Source: Mytilus edulis (Eukaryota). Taken from it: a DNA stretch of 64,000 nt. The notes below the pieces were generated by a model. That model saw only the letters and a program-made list of their open reading frames with translations, searched no databases and was not told the DNA's origin. The position numbers and the translations under genes are program-made. This document shows, piece after piece, positions 38,532-57,749 of this stretch. Numbering within the stretch: position 1 is the first letter of the stretch; every line of letters starts with the position of its first letter. The DNA lies in NCBI RefSeq assembly GCF_963676685.1, contig NC_092352.1, positions 73,470,001 through 73,534,000 of the forward strand, written 5' to 3'.

Positions 38532-40472
38532 CTAAGCTTTGACTACCGATCTAGTCAGTATTTCTTTTAAGTTCCGATGTCTACTATACGCCACCATTGG
38601 GTGGTTTTGGAAATAACTCCCTACATTTCGCATTGCGAACTTGTTTTTTATAATGTTTTCGTAAAGCTTTATTTATATTTCCTAACGAGAAGTGATATTT
38701 TGTTACAAATACTAGTGGTATCTGCTTGTCAGATTCTTGATTAAAGCGGAGTAACTCTAGTCGTTCGATATTGAGAGCCGATTCACAGCTACGAAGTATT
38801 TCAAGGTCGTTATATCCCCTTTGCTTAAGATGGCCTTTGAATATACAAAGAGTACATTTTGTATCTTAAATTTTGCGTGTTGCTGTTGTTTCGGTGGTGG
38901 CGAATAGCTTCCCCTTTTATAAATCCGGAGAAGACTGTTGGGTTATGCATAGACGTTCTATCTAAATATTGAAACGTATTAGTAGGTTTGGTGTAGCTCT
39001 TAATATCAAGGATACCGGTGTTCCTGAACCTCAACCCTTTATGTACGACTGTATCGAGAAAGATAATTTCCTCGTTTGAAATTTCAAACGTAAACTTTAA
39101 TAAAGGGTGATGATCATTTGCTATTTTAAAAAACTCCTCAACTTCTCCTCGTGATGAATGGGCTATTATAAACGCATCATCTCTATACCTTCCGTAAAAT
39201 AAGATCTTATTTTTATACTTATATTTTTCAATAATTTCATTGATAACTTCGAATGCTCTAATATCACAAATTTCTGGGCTGCATTTACTTCCCATACTAG
39301 CGCTTATTTTCTGTACAAAGTATCGGTCATTAAATTCAAAATAATTGTTTTTCAACACTGTGGCTACTAACGATTTAATTGTTTCACAGTTAGGCAATTT
39401 TATCGGATAATCTTCTTTTACTGCACTGTAATAAGCCCGTCCAACAGAATGAATGAGTTCATTGAACTCCATGTTTGTATACATGCTGGTGCAGTCAAAA
39501 GAAACTAAGAGGCAATCCCGATCAGGCCTTACATTTTCTATTTTATTTATGAAATCCCCACTATCTCTAATGTAACTGTTCTGTCTTTTAACTATAGGTA
39601 TCAAAAAGTAATCAATAAATTTGCTAACCCTTTCGGTGACAGAGTTACATTGAGAAATAATCGGTCTGCATGGGGGTAATTCATTTACTGTAATCGTTTG
39701 TTTTTTTATCCCTTGAAAAACAAGTTCACTTAATTTGTGAAGTTTAGGAAGAAGAAAAAGACGACCCAATCTGGGTCCCTCTTTCGATGAGCCATGGAGA
39801 AAATCAAGAGTTATCCCATCAATCTCACCATTGTCAAACGTCTTGCTGATTTGTGTTTGTACATTATTTTTAATCAGTAATATATTAGGTTCTTGTATCT
39901 CCGTGTAATGGATATAGTTTAACTGTCTGAACCCTTCTTTAATGTAGTGTGTCTTTTTAGATATTACAATTGCGCCTCCCTTGTCGCTCTTAGAGAAAAT
40001 AATATACTGCATGCTTTTCAAAGATCGTAATCCTAGCTGTTGTTCTTTGGTGAAATTGTAATAATTATTTCGTAAATCAAGATTTGATAATTCAAACTTT
40101 GTTAGATCTAGATAATTTTCAAGTTCAAAGCAAGCAGGTATCGGTTCATAAAATGATTCGGAACGGATGTATTCCCCGACTTTCTGTATTGCCAAAATGA
40201 AAACGACATCTAAGTTTTCTGGCAAATTCATTGAAGTCTGCCATTACAAATCTGCCTATATTACACTTCTTAGGCATAAGTATAAATTTCAAACCTTTAC
40301 CTAGAACAATGTATTGGTCGTCTGTCAATTGACAGTTGGCTAAGTTATATACATATTGTTTAGCTTTATATACCTGTCCTTTTTTTTGTTGTCTTTTCTT
40401 TGTAGAAACCCGATCGAGTTTTCTTATTTTCTGTTTAACAGTTTTTACTTTCTTTTTAGATCAGCGAGCCAT
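38532..40472 (-). pseudogene. PLE reverse transcriptase ORF (~645 codons, disrupted), no GIY-YIG endonuclease
   Basis: Starts MAR*SKKKVK...VYNLANCQLTDDQYIVLGKGLKF; frameshifts near 40165, 38850 and 38605; ends ...NLKEILTRSVVKA* at 38532. Confidence 0.85.
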
Positions 40473-40659
40473 TCTTAATATTGACGATTGCCAATCTGAT
40501 AGTTATAAATGCGATCACAATTATAACTTTTACGCCTAAAACAAACCACAATGGGAAAACCAACTGTCTGCAATCACAGACAAATGGAAACTGAATGCAC
40601 ACATTTTATCGTACATCTACTTAATGATAAATCCTGATGGTACTTCCAGACATTCAACA

Positions 40660-41710
40660 GTCATCGAAAGGGTTAGCAAATTTATTGATTACTTTTTGAT
40701 ACCTATAGTTAAAAGACAGAACAGTTACATTAGAGATAGTGGGGATTTCATAAATAGCATGTATACAAACATGGAGTTCAATGAACTCATTCATTCTGTT
40801 GGACGGGCTTATAACAGAGCAGTAAAAGAAGATTAACCGATTAAATTACCTAGCTGTGAAACAATTAAATCGTTAGTAGCCACAGTGTTGAAAAACAATT
40901 ATTTTGAATTTAATGACCGATACTTTGTACAGAAAATAGGCGCTAGTATTGGAAGTAAATGCAGCCCAGAAATTTGTGATATTAAAGCATTCGAAGTTAT
41001 CAATGAAATTATTGAAAAATATAAGTATAAAAATAAGATCTTATTTTACGGAAGGTATAGAGATGATGCGTTTATAATAGCCCATTCATCACGAGGAGAA
41101 GTTGAGGAGTTTTTTAAAATAGCAAATGATCATCACCCTTTATTAAAGTTTACGTTTGAAATTTCAAACGAGGAAATTATCTTTCTCGATACAGTCGTAC
41201 ATAAAGGGTTGAGGTTCAGGAACACCGGTATCCTTGATATTAAGAGCTACACCGAACCTACTAATACGTTTCAATATTTAGATAGGACGTCTATGCATAA
41301 CCCAACAGTCTTCTCCGGATTTATAAAAGGGGAAGCTATTCGCCACCACCGAAACAACAGCAACACGCAAAATGTAAGATACAAAATGTACTCTTTGTAT
41401 ATTGAACGGCCATCTTAAGCAAAGGGGATATAAGGACCTTGAAATACTTCGTAACTGTGAATCGGCTCTCAATATCGAGCGACCAGAGTTACTCCGCTTT
41501 AATCAAGAATCTGACAAGCAGATACCACTAGTATTTGTAACAAAATATCACTTCTCGTTAGGAAATATAAATAAAGCTTTACGAAAACATTATAAAAAAC
41601 TAGTTCGCAATGAGAAATGTAGGGAGCTATTTCCAAAACCACCAATGGTGGCGTATAGTAGACATCGGAACTTACAAGAAATACTGACTAGATCGGTAGT
41701 CAAAGCTTAG
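40660..41710 (+). pseudogene. Inverted, 5'-truncated PLE RT copy
   Basis: ORFs 40624..40836, 40885..41418 and 41402..41710 match the minus copy. A 57-nt deletion removes KIENVRPDRDCLLVSFDCT. Confidence 0.88.
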
Positions 41711-41729
41711 TACAATATGAAGGATTGGG

Positions 41730-41829
41730 TCAGGACCCCTGATGAAGCACCCACCCTTCATATGAGCCACGGAATATTATAGAGTTTGTCCTATTCTGTA
41801 TTGCAGAAACACGATGTGTTGGGTCCTGA
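41730..41829 (+). ncRNA. Type I hammerhead ribozyme with expanded helix II, in the PLE 3' end
   Basis: Helix I tcaggaccc/gggtcctga, CTGATGA 41739-41745, GAAAC 41806-41810, helix III acac/gtgt, cleavage triplet GTT 41818-41820. Confidence 0.7.
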
Positions 41830-41961
41830 GGAATAGGCAAACGTGGCTGATAGGTACTTCCAGACATTCAACATGTAGAGTCATGCCTAATTGTTCTTGA
41901 CACTCGTATTTATCAACTGATTTTTTGCTGCAATGTTACACAATTTAACTAGTTACAGTCA

Positions 41962-42357
41962 TTGGATGGTGTAAACTTCCAACTAACACCATACACAATT
42001 ACTATATTCACCATACACCATTACACCATACACCCTGTGCTATCACCATATCGGTTACACCTTTGCACCATACATTGTACGCCATACAAATTACACCATA
42101 ATGTAATTTAGTTTCAAAGAATGCGTGTGACTACGATTTCTTTTTTAAAACGAATTTTGATCACAATTTTGCAAATGAATGTACGAAATAAAATAAATGA
42201 TTAATTTTGCATAGTTTTAAATTTAAGTTTTAAACACCATAGCACCATACACCGTCTGCCATTATAACATATACTATAATATACTATAATATATACTATA
42301 CTATATAATATACACTATTAAACTATACACGTTTTTTGGGAAGTTTACACCATCCAA
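41962..42357. mobile_element. ~400-bp MITE-like element with internal CACCATA repeats
   Basis: Perfect 19-bp inverted repeat ttggatggtgtaaacttcc / ggaagtttacaccatccaa. Confidence 0.7.
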
Positions 42358-45284
42358 ACGGTGTAAGAACATATATAATAAGAGCGGTCACAAAGACGAG
42401 TCAACTCACCTGATTCAAAATGTTTTTTCTCTCATGACAGGAGCTTGTTTTTCAATAGTTGTTCTATGTAATTTTCATATTTGTTGGTTGCTTTCTATAT
42501 AAATCAGTCAGTTGAGTTTTTCCTTGAATTATTTTACGTTTTGTCATATCGAGTACTTTTATAGCTACATGTAAATATACAGTATGGGTTTTGCTCATTG
42601 CTGAAAGTCGTATGGTGACTTAAAATTGCGTGCATTTACGTCATTTGTTTGTGCTTTTGGCAATGTTTACCCATCTTTTTTCGATGATATCCATCCTAAA
42701 CAAGGTTTTTGCGACTTATCATTTCTAGTGATACCTTTTTATATTTCATAAGCGATGGGTTGATAATTGCTGAAACATAAGGTTGGTGAAGAAAAAAAAT
42801 GGGGATTCGTCAAAAGTCAAAACATATAATGTTTGGATCACATTCAAAACTACTTTGCCACTTCTTCGAATAATATGTTTTAAGTCCATACCAAATACAA
42901 CGAATTGTATATCAGATAATGAAAAACCAACAGAAATAACCCCTTATGTAATGTTTGTTTTTATATCTTTAACACTGCAAAATAAAAATCTTATAGAACA
43001 AACTGCAATAACAACGTTGTTGTACACTTATACATATTTGATTATTCCATACTACCCCTAAATTATTCGAACGGACACAAATTGTAGTTGCTGTCCTTTC
43101 ACTTGCAGATATTTCCTCTATATATTCAGGTACACATGAAAAAAACTGATAAAACTACCCCATATACCCTATATAACTGATGATATTACTTCTTGAACAA
43201 TATACTACCAAAAAATTAAGTAGTTTCATGCAGTAATGTTTTTATTTTAAAATCATTGCAAATATGACATATACAGCTAAGCTACAAAATTTTACGGACG
43301 CCATCCCGATTTTGTTGACCGTTATGGAATAACCGTTTCACAGATGATATCGGATATGTTACTTACGTCGTAACTACAATATCCCTCCCTTTTCACAAAT
43401 TGGATTGATCGAATTAGACTATTTACCGGATTTGCTAAAACATGAGCAGCACGAAGGGTTCCACATTTGGATCTGGATCTGCTTACCATTCCGGAGCACC
43501 TGAGATCGCCCCAGGTTTTTTATGCGGTTCGTGTTGTTTATTCTTTAGTTTTTTTAATTCTTGTGTCATGCATACTTCTGTTTGTTTGTTTGTTTGTTTT
43601 ATTCATTTTTAGCCATGTCGTTGTCAGTTTATTTTCGATTTATGAGTTTAACTGTCCCTCTTGTAACTTTCGGTCGTCTTTTAAGATGTTTGTTTATTGT
43701 AGTTAGCTACAAGAGGAAGTGGACATTATTTTCTTACAATCATTAGGTCTAGGAATTGAACTTTATACCTTTTCCTAGAATGATCTACAACAAACAATTC
43801 TTTAATTGTCCATTGATCTATTAAGATACCATTGCGATACTATTCAAAGGTTTAAACTCCTGATGTAAAGTTATTCTCGTGAATTTTTACAATTATCTCA
43901 GGTCCTTTTTGGTCACATCGTTCTTCAACTGTATCGGTTTTAAACATCTTTGGTTCTCGAGTATTCGGCTTTGAGGGTCTCTGTTAAAGTTTATTCCAGA
44001 AAAGCGCATCGGACACATGCAATTAACATAGTGTTAGTCACAGTTGTTGTTTGGAATCATATATTTAAGAGTTTAAAAAATGATGCCCGTTATGTTGTTA
44101 TATTATCGTTTGTGTAGCTATGCAGCTTAAACCGAACAAGTTAACATATTACGTTCACCGTTTTCATATAATTAAATTTTTGAAGCATTGTCTTTGTTTC
44201 ATCATTATATAAAAGCATGTAGATGAAATTTTTTTTTTTATAATTGACAAATAATTTTAACGTTCAAATTGAACGAAATACTGTATACATTTTCGTGCTC
44301 CAGAATCGCTTTTATTTAGACATGTTAGACTGTTCAACGCTGAAAACTAGAAAAATTAGAACTAGATGAGGAAAATTGTGATTTTTTTATAATTTCATTA
44401 TTCATCAATATACAATGTACAATTTTAAAAGAAAATATTGTGTTGATCATGTCAATTCAAAATCTTTGACTACTGAAATGATAATATTATCCACGAGAGG
44501 TGAAATCGACCCACTGCCTGTAAAAGTAATTAACACTTTTAAAGCAGAAGTGATTTTTTTTACTTGATTATTTCCCATGTTTATTTGTTTTTGTTAAATC
44601 AATGACTTCTTCAGAACGTAGAAATGAAATTAAATTCACAAATTGTATATTATTGATTTTAAAAGTACAACTAAGATGATGGTATTGTTCCTATATGACA
44701 GTCATTTTTCGTTCTTTTCAAGAAAATACATACTAAGTTTGTGATTACAATTTATAGAATAAACATCAAACCAAAAAAGTGAGAAAACAAACTACAATAC
44801 TCCTGACTTGAGTATAGGCATTTTCCGAAAATGACGTAGAGAACATATGTTGACTAATAGTAACCCCACCGATAAAATCTTACATCCGGTGTTTCTTTAG
44901 TAGAACATATAGCAATTCATCGGTACAAGTTTAAGCATGACGTGACACATGTCTCATGTTTACATTGAGTTTACTATGCTAAATTAAATAATGAAAAATA
45001 TCAAATAAATATAACGAAATTTAAAAAAAAAACATTTTGTTGTATAAATTGAAAGACGATTGACAGATGTATTCCAAAGGGAGTTAAATGCAGGATGACC
45101 ACTCTAATAACAAAAATAAGAAAAAAAACCCACTACAGGTTGTTTAGAAATATTGTTATTTGTGCCTTCAATACATTGTAGGTTCATTTTGTTTGCTAAT
45201 TAAATTTAGATAAACATTTGTGAATGGATCACTATTCATCAATAGCAAGTTTTTTCTTTCCAAGTTATGATGTTGTTCACTCTA

Positions 45285-51965
<6,681 letters not shown>

Positions 51966-52011
51966 CTCAAAAGTTTATAATGGTAAAATGATGTGAATCA
52001 TTTGATCATTA

Positions 52012-52018
52012 CTTTATA
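52012..52018 (-). promoter_or_regulatory. Candidate TATA box of copy B
   Basis: TATAAAG 47 nt upstream of the ATG; identical motif and spacing in copy A (62811-62817). Confidence 0.45.
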
Positions 52019-55000
52019 AAGTGGTGAAACAAAGCGGAGACAAAAATAAACTGGTGATGACACCATGTTTTCGAAAATAACTGGTATGTAAACAATCGTG
52101 ATTTGCAATTTTTATACATTAAAAATTTAGCTTTTAAATGTAAATGCTTTAAAAAAAGTTAAAAGTCATTTTACAAATACAAAACTTCTTGCTAAATATT
52201 TACACACAACTTTATAAAAAAGAACAAACAATAGAGTAAGTCGAGGCATCAGAAGCGTTGTTGTCGACAACCCAATTCTTTTCTTCTATATTATATGATA
52301 TTGTTTTCAATGCATATTCGTCAGATGAAAACATTACCACTTAAACATAATTATAAAGTGGTTATGCATTTAACTGTATTACGACCTACTTAAAATATAT
52401 AAAGATGTTGCATAAACGTCAATAAACCATCTATCTAAAACATACATCACCTACGGAAATCTACAATAGCTGGGTCTTGATGCAATATGAAAAGCTATTA
52501 ACCGGCACATAATTGGGTTGATATTATACAAATGTTCTCCAAATGACTAACACATTGAAATCAATATAGTTAAACATGTTAAAGCCGACTAAACTTTTAA
52601 GGGTCCAGGCTAATGCATTTTATAAGCATTGAGATTTATCTAGTCAATGTACAAATCAGTTGTGCAATGTATGGATGGAAGGAGTTGTTGGGGATTTGTA
52701 AATGATACAACAAGATTGCAGAGAGATATCATTGAAAGTGAAACACGATTATGAAGAATAACCTTTCTTCTTGACTGATTCGATTAAGAAAAAACGAATT
52801 CCTATACAAGTTAATTTGAATCACCTTCTTTACTTTATGTCAAGATCCAAATCGACCAGAGTTACTTTTTTTAGACCAATGATCTAATATTATGTACCAT
52901 ACATACACTAATTCCAGCACTTCCAAATTAAAAAAAATGCATGTGGTTATTTATTGCTTCTGTGTTATAAATAACTCATACCATACCGAATGTGACCTAT
53001 TCCCTAATATGACTGTTTTGCCGAGTGGAAATTTGCATTGATGTTAGACGTGTTCCGGTATTTATACATCAAATATTTATGCTTTCAGTTATATATAAGA
53101 AATTCTGTTTTTGTTGATCTGTTATTTTGCTTTAACATTTGATGTGTTCCCCTCGGTTTTGGTTTGTGAACCGGATTGATTTGTTTTCACTGGATTGATT
53201 AATGTCTATTGAAAAGAGGTATACTACTGTTGTCTTTATTTGTACCGCAAGTCTTGAAATTGAATGTATTGTGTATGAAATAATCACACGAAACAATGCA
53301 TAGATTTTTCCTATTTCGAGGACCTCATGGAAAGCTATTCAGATTCATGAAAAAGTTATTTGACTTACGAGTTTTGTCACTTTTAGTGTATATCAGAGCT
53401 GGTGATAAAAATGTCATTTTGCTAGTGGACCTTAAACCGGAGCGAATCACGATCCTTCTAGTCGACACACTTTTTTAATTCACACATTTGAATATTTGTA
53501 AAATAAATTGTGGCAAATTGGATAAAGCTTATGTCTATATCTTTATATTTATCACAAAATCTCACTTTGAGGCTATAATTGTTCTTTTGATATATTTTTT
53601 GACAAATTGGCTCAAAATTCAAGAAGTTGGAAGCCCTAAGACATATTATATGATAAAAATACTTCAAATTGAGTCTGATAGGCAACACTAGATTCATGTT
53701 TTTCAACAGATGTATAATAGGTTGTTTTAAGGGGACCACAAGATATTTCGGATCACACCGTAAGTTAGAACGGTGTAAACTTTACACATGTTCAATAGTT
53801 GGAATGGTATGGGCTTTGGTCATTGTTGAAGGCCGTACAGTGTCTAAATATGTTAATATGTTAATTTCTGTGTCATTTTGTCTCTTGTTGAGAGGTGTCT
53901 CATTGACAATCATACCACATCTTCTTCTCTTATTTTCTAAAATAAAATATTGACGTCCACATTGAGATCACATACACACTTATTGTATTTTATTAAACCG
54001 AAAAGTAACGGATACTTATTTTGGTCAGTACACATTTTCGTCCATCGAAGAAATATGTATTGTTTGTCTCTTTGTCGATATCTAATATTGTGGTTTGTAA
54101 GTAACTGCATAAGAGCCTAACGACAATTGATTCCTTTGTGTAGTTTTCCAACTTTACATTAATCAACAACCACCCAAATTTGGAAACAGTGAGTTTTAAA
54201 TTATATTATACGAAAATGAAGTTCCTAGTTTCTTTTTTTAGTATTATACATGTTATATGAAAACATTATTTTCACAGATTTTTTTTCTAATATTAATTAG
54301 AGAAGTGGTCGTGTATACGAATATGAATTAGAGACATCAACATAGCAACACAAATAAAGGCAGCAGTAGTATACCACTGTTCGAAATTCATAAATCGATA
54401 GAGAAAAAAAAACAAATCCGGGTTACAAACTTAAACTGAGGAAAACGCTTCAAATATAAGAGAACTACGACACAACAAAAACACATAATATAACAATGGC
54501 CATTTCCCTGACTTGGTAAAGGGCATTCTAAAATAAAAATGGTGGGTTGAACCTGGTTTTGTGGCATGCCGAACCTCCCGCTTTAATGGCAATGTTAATT
54601 ATAACATTAAAATGAGAATATTACACGACAGGACTACAATACAATTTAATGAGAGAAAATGTAGGACAGAGAAAGAAATAAATAATAGCCAACAAATGTA
54701 CCAGGGTAAAAATTTTAATACGCCAGACGTGCGCCACCTCCACACAAGAATAACCAGTGACGCTAAGTTTGGAAGCCAAAACAATTACAATGTTGAAAAC
54801 ACTGAGGACCAAAAGTCCCAAAACAAAATGTAACCAATACGCATGGGACAAGAACATAATTATTATTTAGAATTTAGATTAATTCATACTTTTGTGAACA
54901 GTAAATTTTATAAAATGACTATATAATAGATCTACATGATTAAACTAAAGTGGTGACTAGCTATAGAATAAAAACGGACATATACACATATAAAGAGGAT

Positions 55001-55296
55001 ATATCACATAGTGTCTGTATCTAATGCTAAGCTATGGATATATTTCGAGTCGAGACATGTTGAGAATAAATACAACGACACATGACAATTAAGATATGAA
55101 ATGACAGTAGATTCTTTAAGGTAAACGGTTACATTTGAAAATAACGTAGAATATCTATTTACTGATTTTAGTCAGACATGCGGAATTTCTGGGATCAATA
55201 TTTACAGAATACACAATCTTTTATTAATATGGTCGGTTAAAATCCTTATTATTCTTCTTTATTAATTATAATTTCGCCATCGAAATTTTACAGGTT

Positions 55297-55568
55297 TCAA
55301 TATGGCTTTATTTTCATAGATACGCCCTTTAGAGAATACTCTGAAGAATGCCAAGAATTCCAAAGTGCTCCATCAGAAGCTGTCTGTCCATTAAAGTAGT
55401 AAATTCCATTTAGGTTGGCATCAGTGCTCCAATTAAACCACCATCCAGAATATTTCGCTTGAGCACAATTAATAAACAAGTGTGCGTCATTGTCCCTATC
55501 CGATGTAGTGAACTTCATTCCATTCATCATATATGTCGAACCAGATGGTGGATTTATGATGCTATCAT
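55297..55568 (-). CDS. Copy A exon 5 (FReD C-terminus)
   Basis: DSIINPPSGSTYMMNGMKFTTSDRDND...INCAQAKYSGWWFNWSTDANLNG...SLKGVSMKIKPY*, acceptor TTGCAG. Confidence 0.88.
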
Positions 55569-57584
55569 CTGCAAAATAGAAAGATTTGTTTCAAAGGCTC
55601 CGTGTTTAAGGCAGTTCTTTGAAATATACATGTTATAAATAACACAGTCACACTGTGTTACTTGGATGGAGAGTTAGTTTTCTATTTGATCAGAAGTATT
55701 CTTGTAGTATCTATAAAAAAAATCTTTTGTGTGAACATTTCCTTTAAAATCACAAAAAAAGGATTGACAAACTTTTTTTTTTGTAATGATAGTTATAATC
55801 CCGCGAAGCTCTGCTGTCAATATTAATTATATTTTTAACTGCCATTTAGCGTAGGTAAACGTGAACGTCTGTGCTATGCACATGATTCAGTAAGCAGGCA
55901 AAACCTCGGGTCTGATAATTTGTGATCTGTAGGCCTTTCTTTGGAAATAAAATTCAAGGTCATTCCCAAAAAATTGACCTACAATAGTGATCTTGAACTT
56001 CTTAAACTACAAAAACAGATATAGTGAAACTAGTACACAACCATACGAATATTGTACTTCAAATTGACACATTTAGTTGAAAAAGATTATACTACATCTT
56101 ACATAGATGACATCATGAGTTTGTGAACCGTTCTGGATATTAGTTTCACAGAAAACGACCATATGTTACCATTTCTGTTAAATCAATTCAGTCCTCTTTT
56201 TCTCGAAACTTTGTTTTGAATATGAGATGAAGAACAATAAAGCAAAACACTGTTTCGATGAACTGTTTATCGAATTGATTTTATGTAGAATTACTTTTGC
56301 AATATGACCTTTAACATGCTTTAAATTTGCTGATATTTGCAGTTGACAGTCGTTAAAATGGCCAACAATTTGGTGTGTTCAAAGATAAAAAAAAACAATT
56401 TCAAAATTTGTACTTTACAAAATCTACATCAGTTTTCAAATATTCAACAAACGATGTCTCTCAACTATTGATTACATATGCTTTTGTTTCGTTCAGGGTT
56501 TGGAATGTTGCACCGTTTAGTTATAGAAAGTAATGTATGCAAGGCCTTTGTTGAATTATTAGCTCGTAAATATTAACTTCCTAGCACGAAACATCTTTAT
56601 ACGAAATTATTACACCAGAATGCAACCATTTATCTATCAAATATTAATGTATGATAACTTTCAACAGAAAGTGTCTTTCTGAAAATTGATTTATAAGATG
56701 AAGGTTTTTTTATTTATCGCAGGCTACTATATACAAAGTTTTCCAAGGTATCATGCAAACGCTTAAGATGAAACATTGTGCTGTTGATATACATTGTGCT
56801 GTTACTTGTTATAATATTACAGAAATAATACTAACATAAAATAACTGTATCTAAAACTTGACTTAAGCTTTTGCATTGACCTCTTTGAACATTCATGCAT
56901 TCCTAAGGAACTCAAATCTAAACCATATATAGTGGAGATAAAAATGACGAGTCTTTAGATATTGATTTTGTATGAGGGACATACTACTGAGTTATCAAAC
57001 AATTCTAATTTATCACACTGTTTCTTTTTGAAGTTCTAAAAAACGTGTATCTTATTGTTGTGACCTGTTCACTATTTCTTGCTATTTCACGTTTCACTCT
57101 GCATAGAGTGTTATTCGAAAATGTAATGGCAGTACAGAAACAAAAAAATGAATATTGTCTATAAAACTCGTGATATTAGACAAAAGAATGGCAAAACGAA
57201 CCCGATAAAACACGGCAGTGATCCTAGAAGGTACCCTACAATAGTAGGAAATAGACAGGGAGCTGCTGAAGTCAACCTCTGGTGCGGGATGTTTTCGCTG
57301 TATTGAAGACCTATTGTTGGCGTTCGGCTGTTTGTTTACTCCTTAGATGTCGGTATGTTGTCTGTTTGACCCATTTCCCGTTTCCATTCCCAATTTTATG
57401 TCTGCATACTCCTTTAATATACTGTTGATTTTTCCTATGTTCTATAATCAAAGCTTAAAGATTTCCGACACTTTTTTGATTTGGTGATTAATAGATCATG
57501 AACAATTTACTGACTGAAATTATCTGCCTGTCCTTGTGAAGTAATAACAGATTCATTTGTGACTAAAACAATTTATGTATTTAC

Positions 57585-57749
57585 CAGCATCTCCACTATA
57601 GCCAGCGATAGAGAGTTTGTACTTTGTGTTCTCACTTCCCACAACAAACGTATCATATTCTGCATAACGTTTATCACAATTCCAGTCTTCCAAATCAATT
57701 CGTAACTTGTAATTTTTCGTAGATAGAATATGATGTAAGTTGTCGTTCC
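57585..57749 (-). CDS. Copy A exon 4 (FReD)
   Basis: NDNLHHILSTKNYKLRIDLEDWNCDKRYAEYDTFVVGSENTKYKLSIAGYSGDAG, 165 nt, AG/GT. Confidence 0.88.

Larger units (their letters stand above)
38372..41873. mobile_element. Penelope-like element (RT only), full copy on - plus 5'-truncated inverted copy on +
   Basis: 38372-39640 is the reverse complement of 40660-41870. PLE RT motifs LGKGLKF, PCRPIIS, SFDCTSMYTN, ASMGS..SP, YGRYRDD, FLD, KPTN..YL...S.H, RGY, P.VAY.R..NL. Confidence 0.92.

Noticed and set aside
40461-40463. In-frame TGA at codon 4 of the PLE ORF as selenocysteine
   Set aside because: It lies in an Arg/Lys-rich leader and is best explained as CGA->TGA decay; the copy has other disabling changes.
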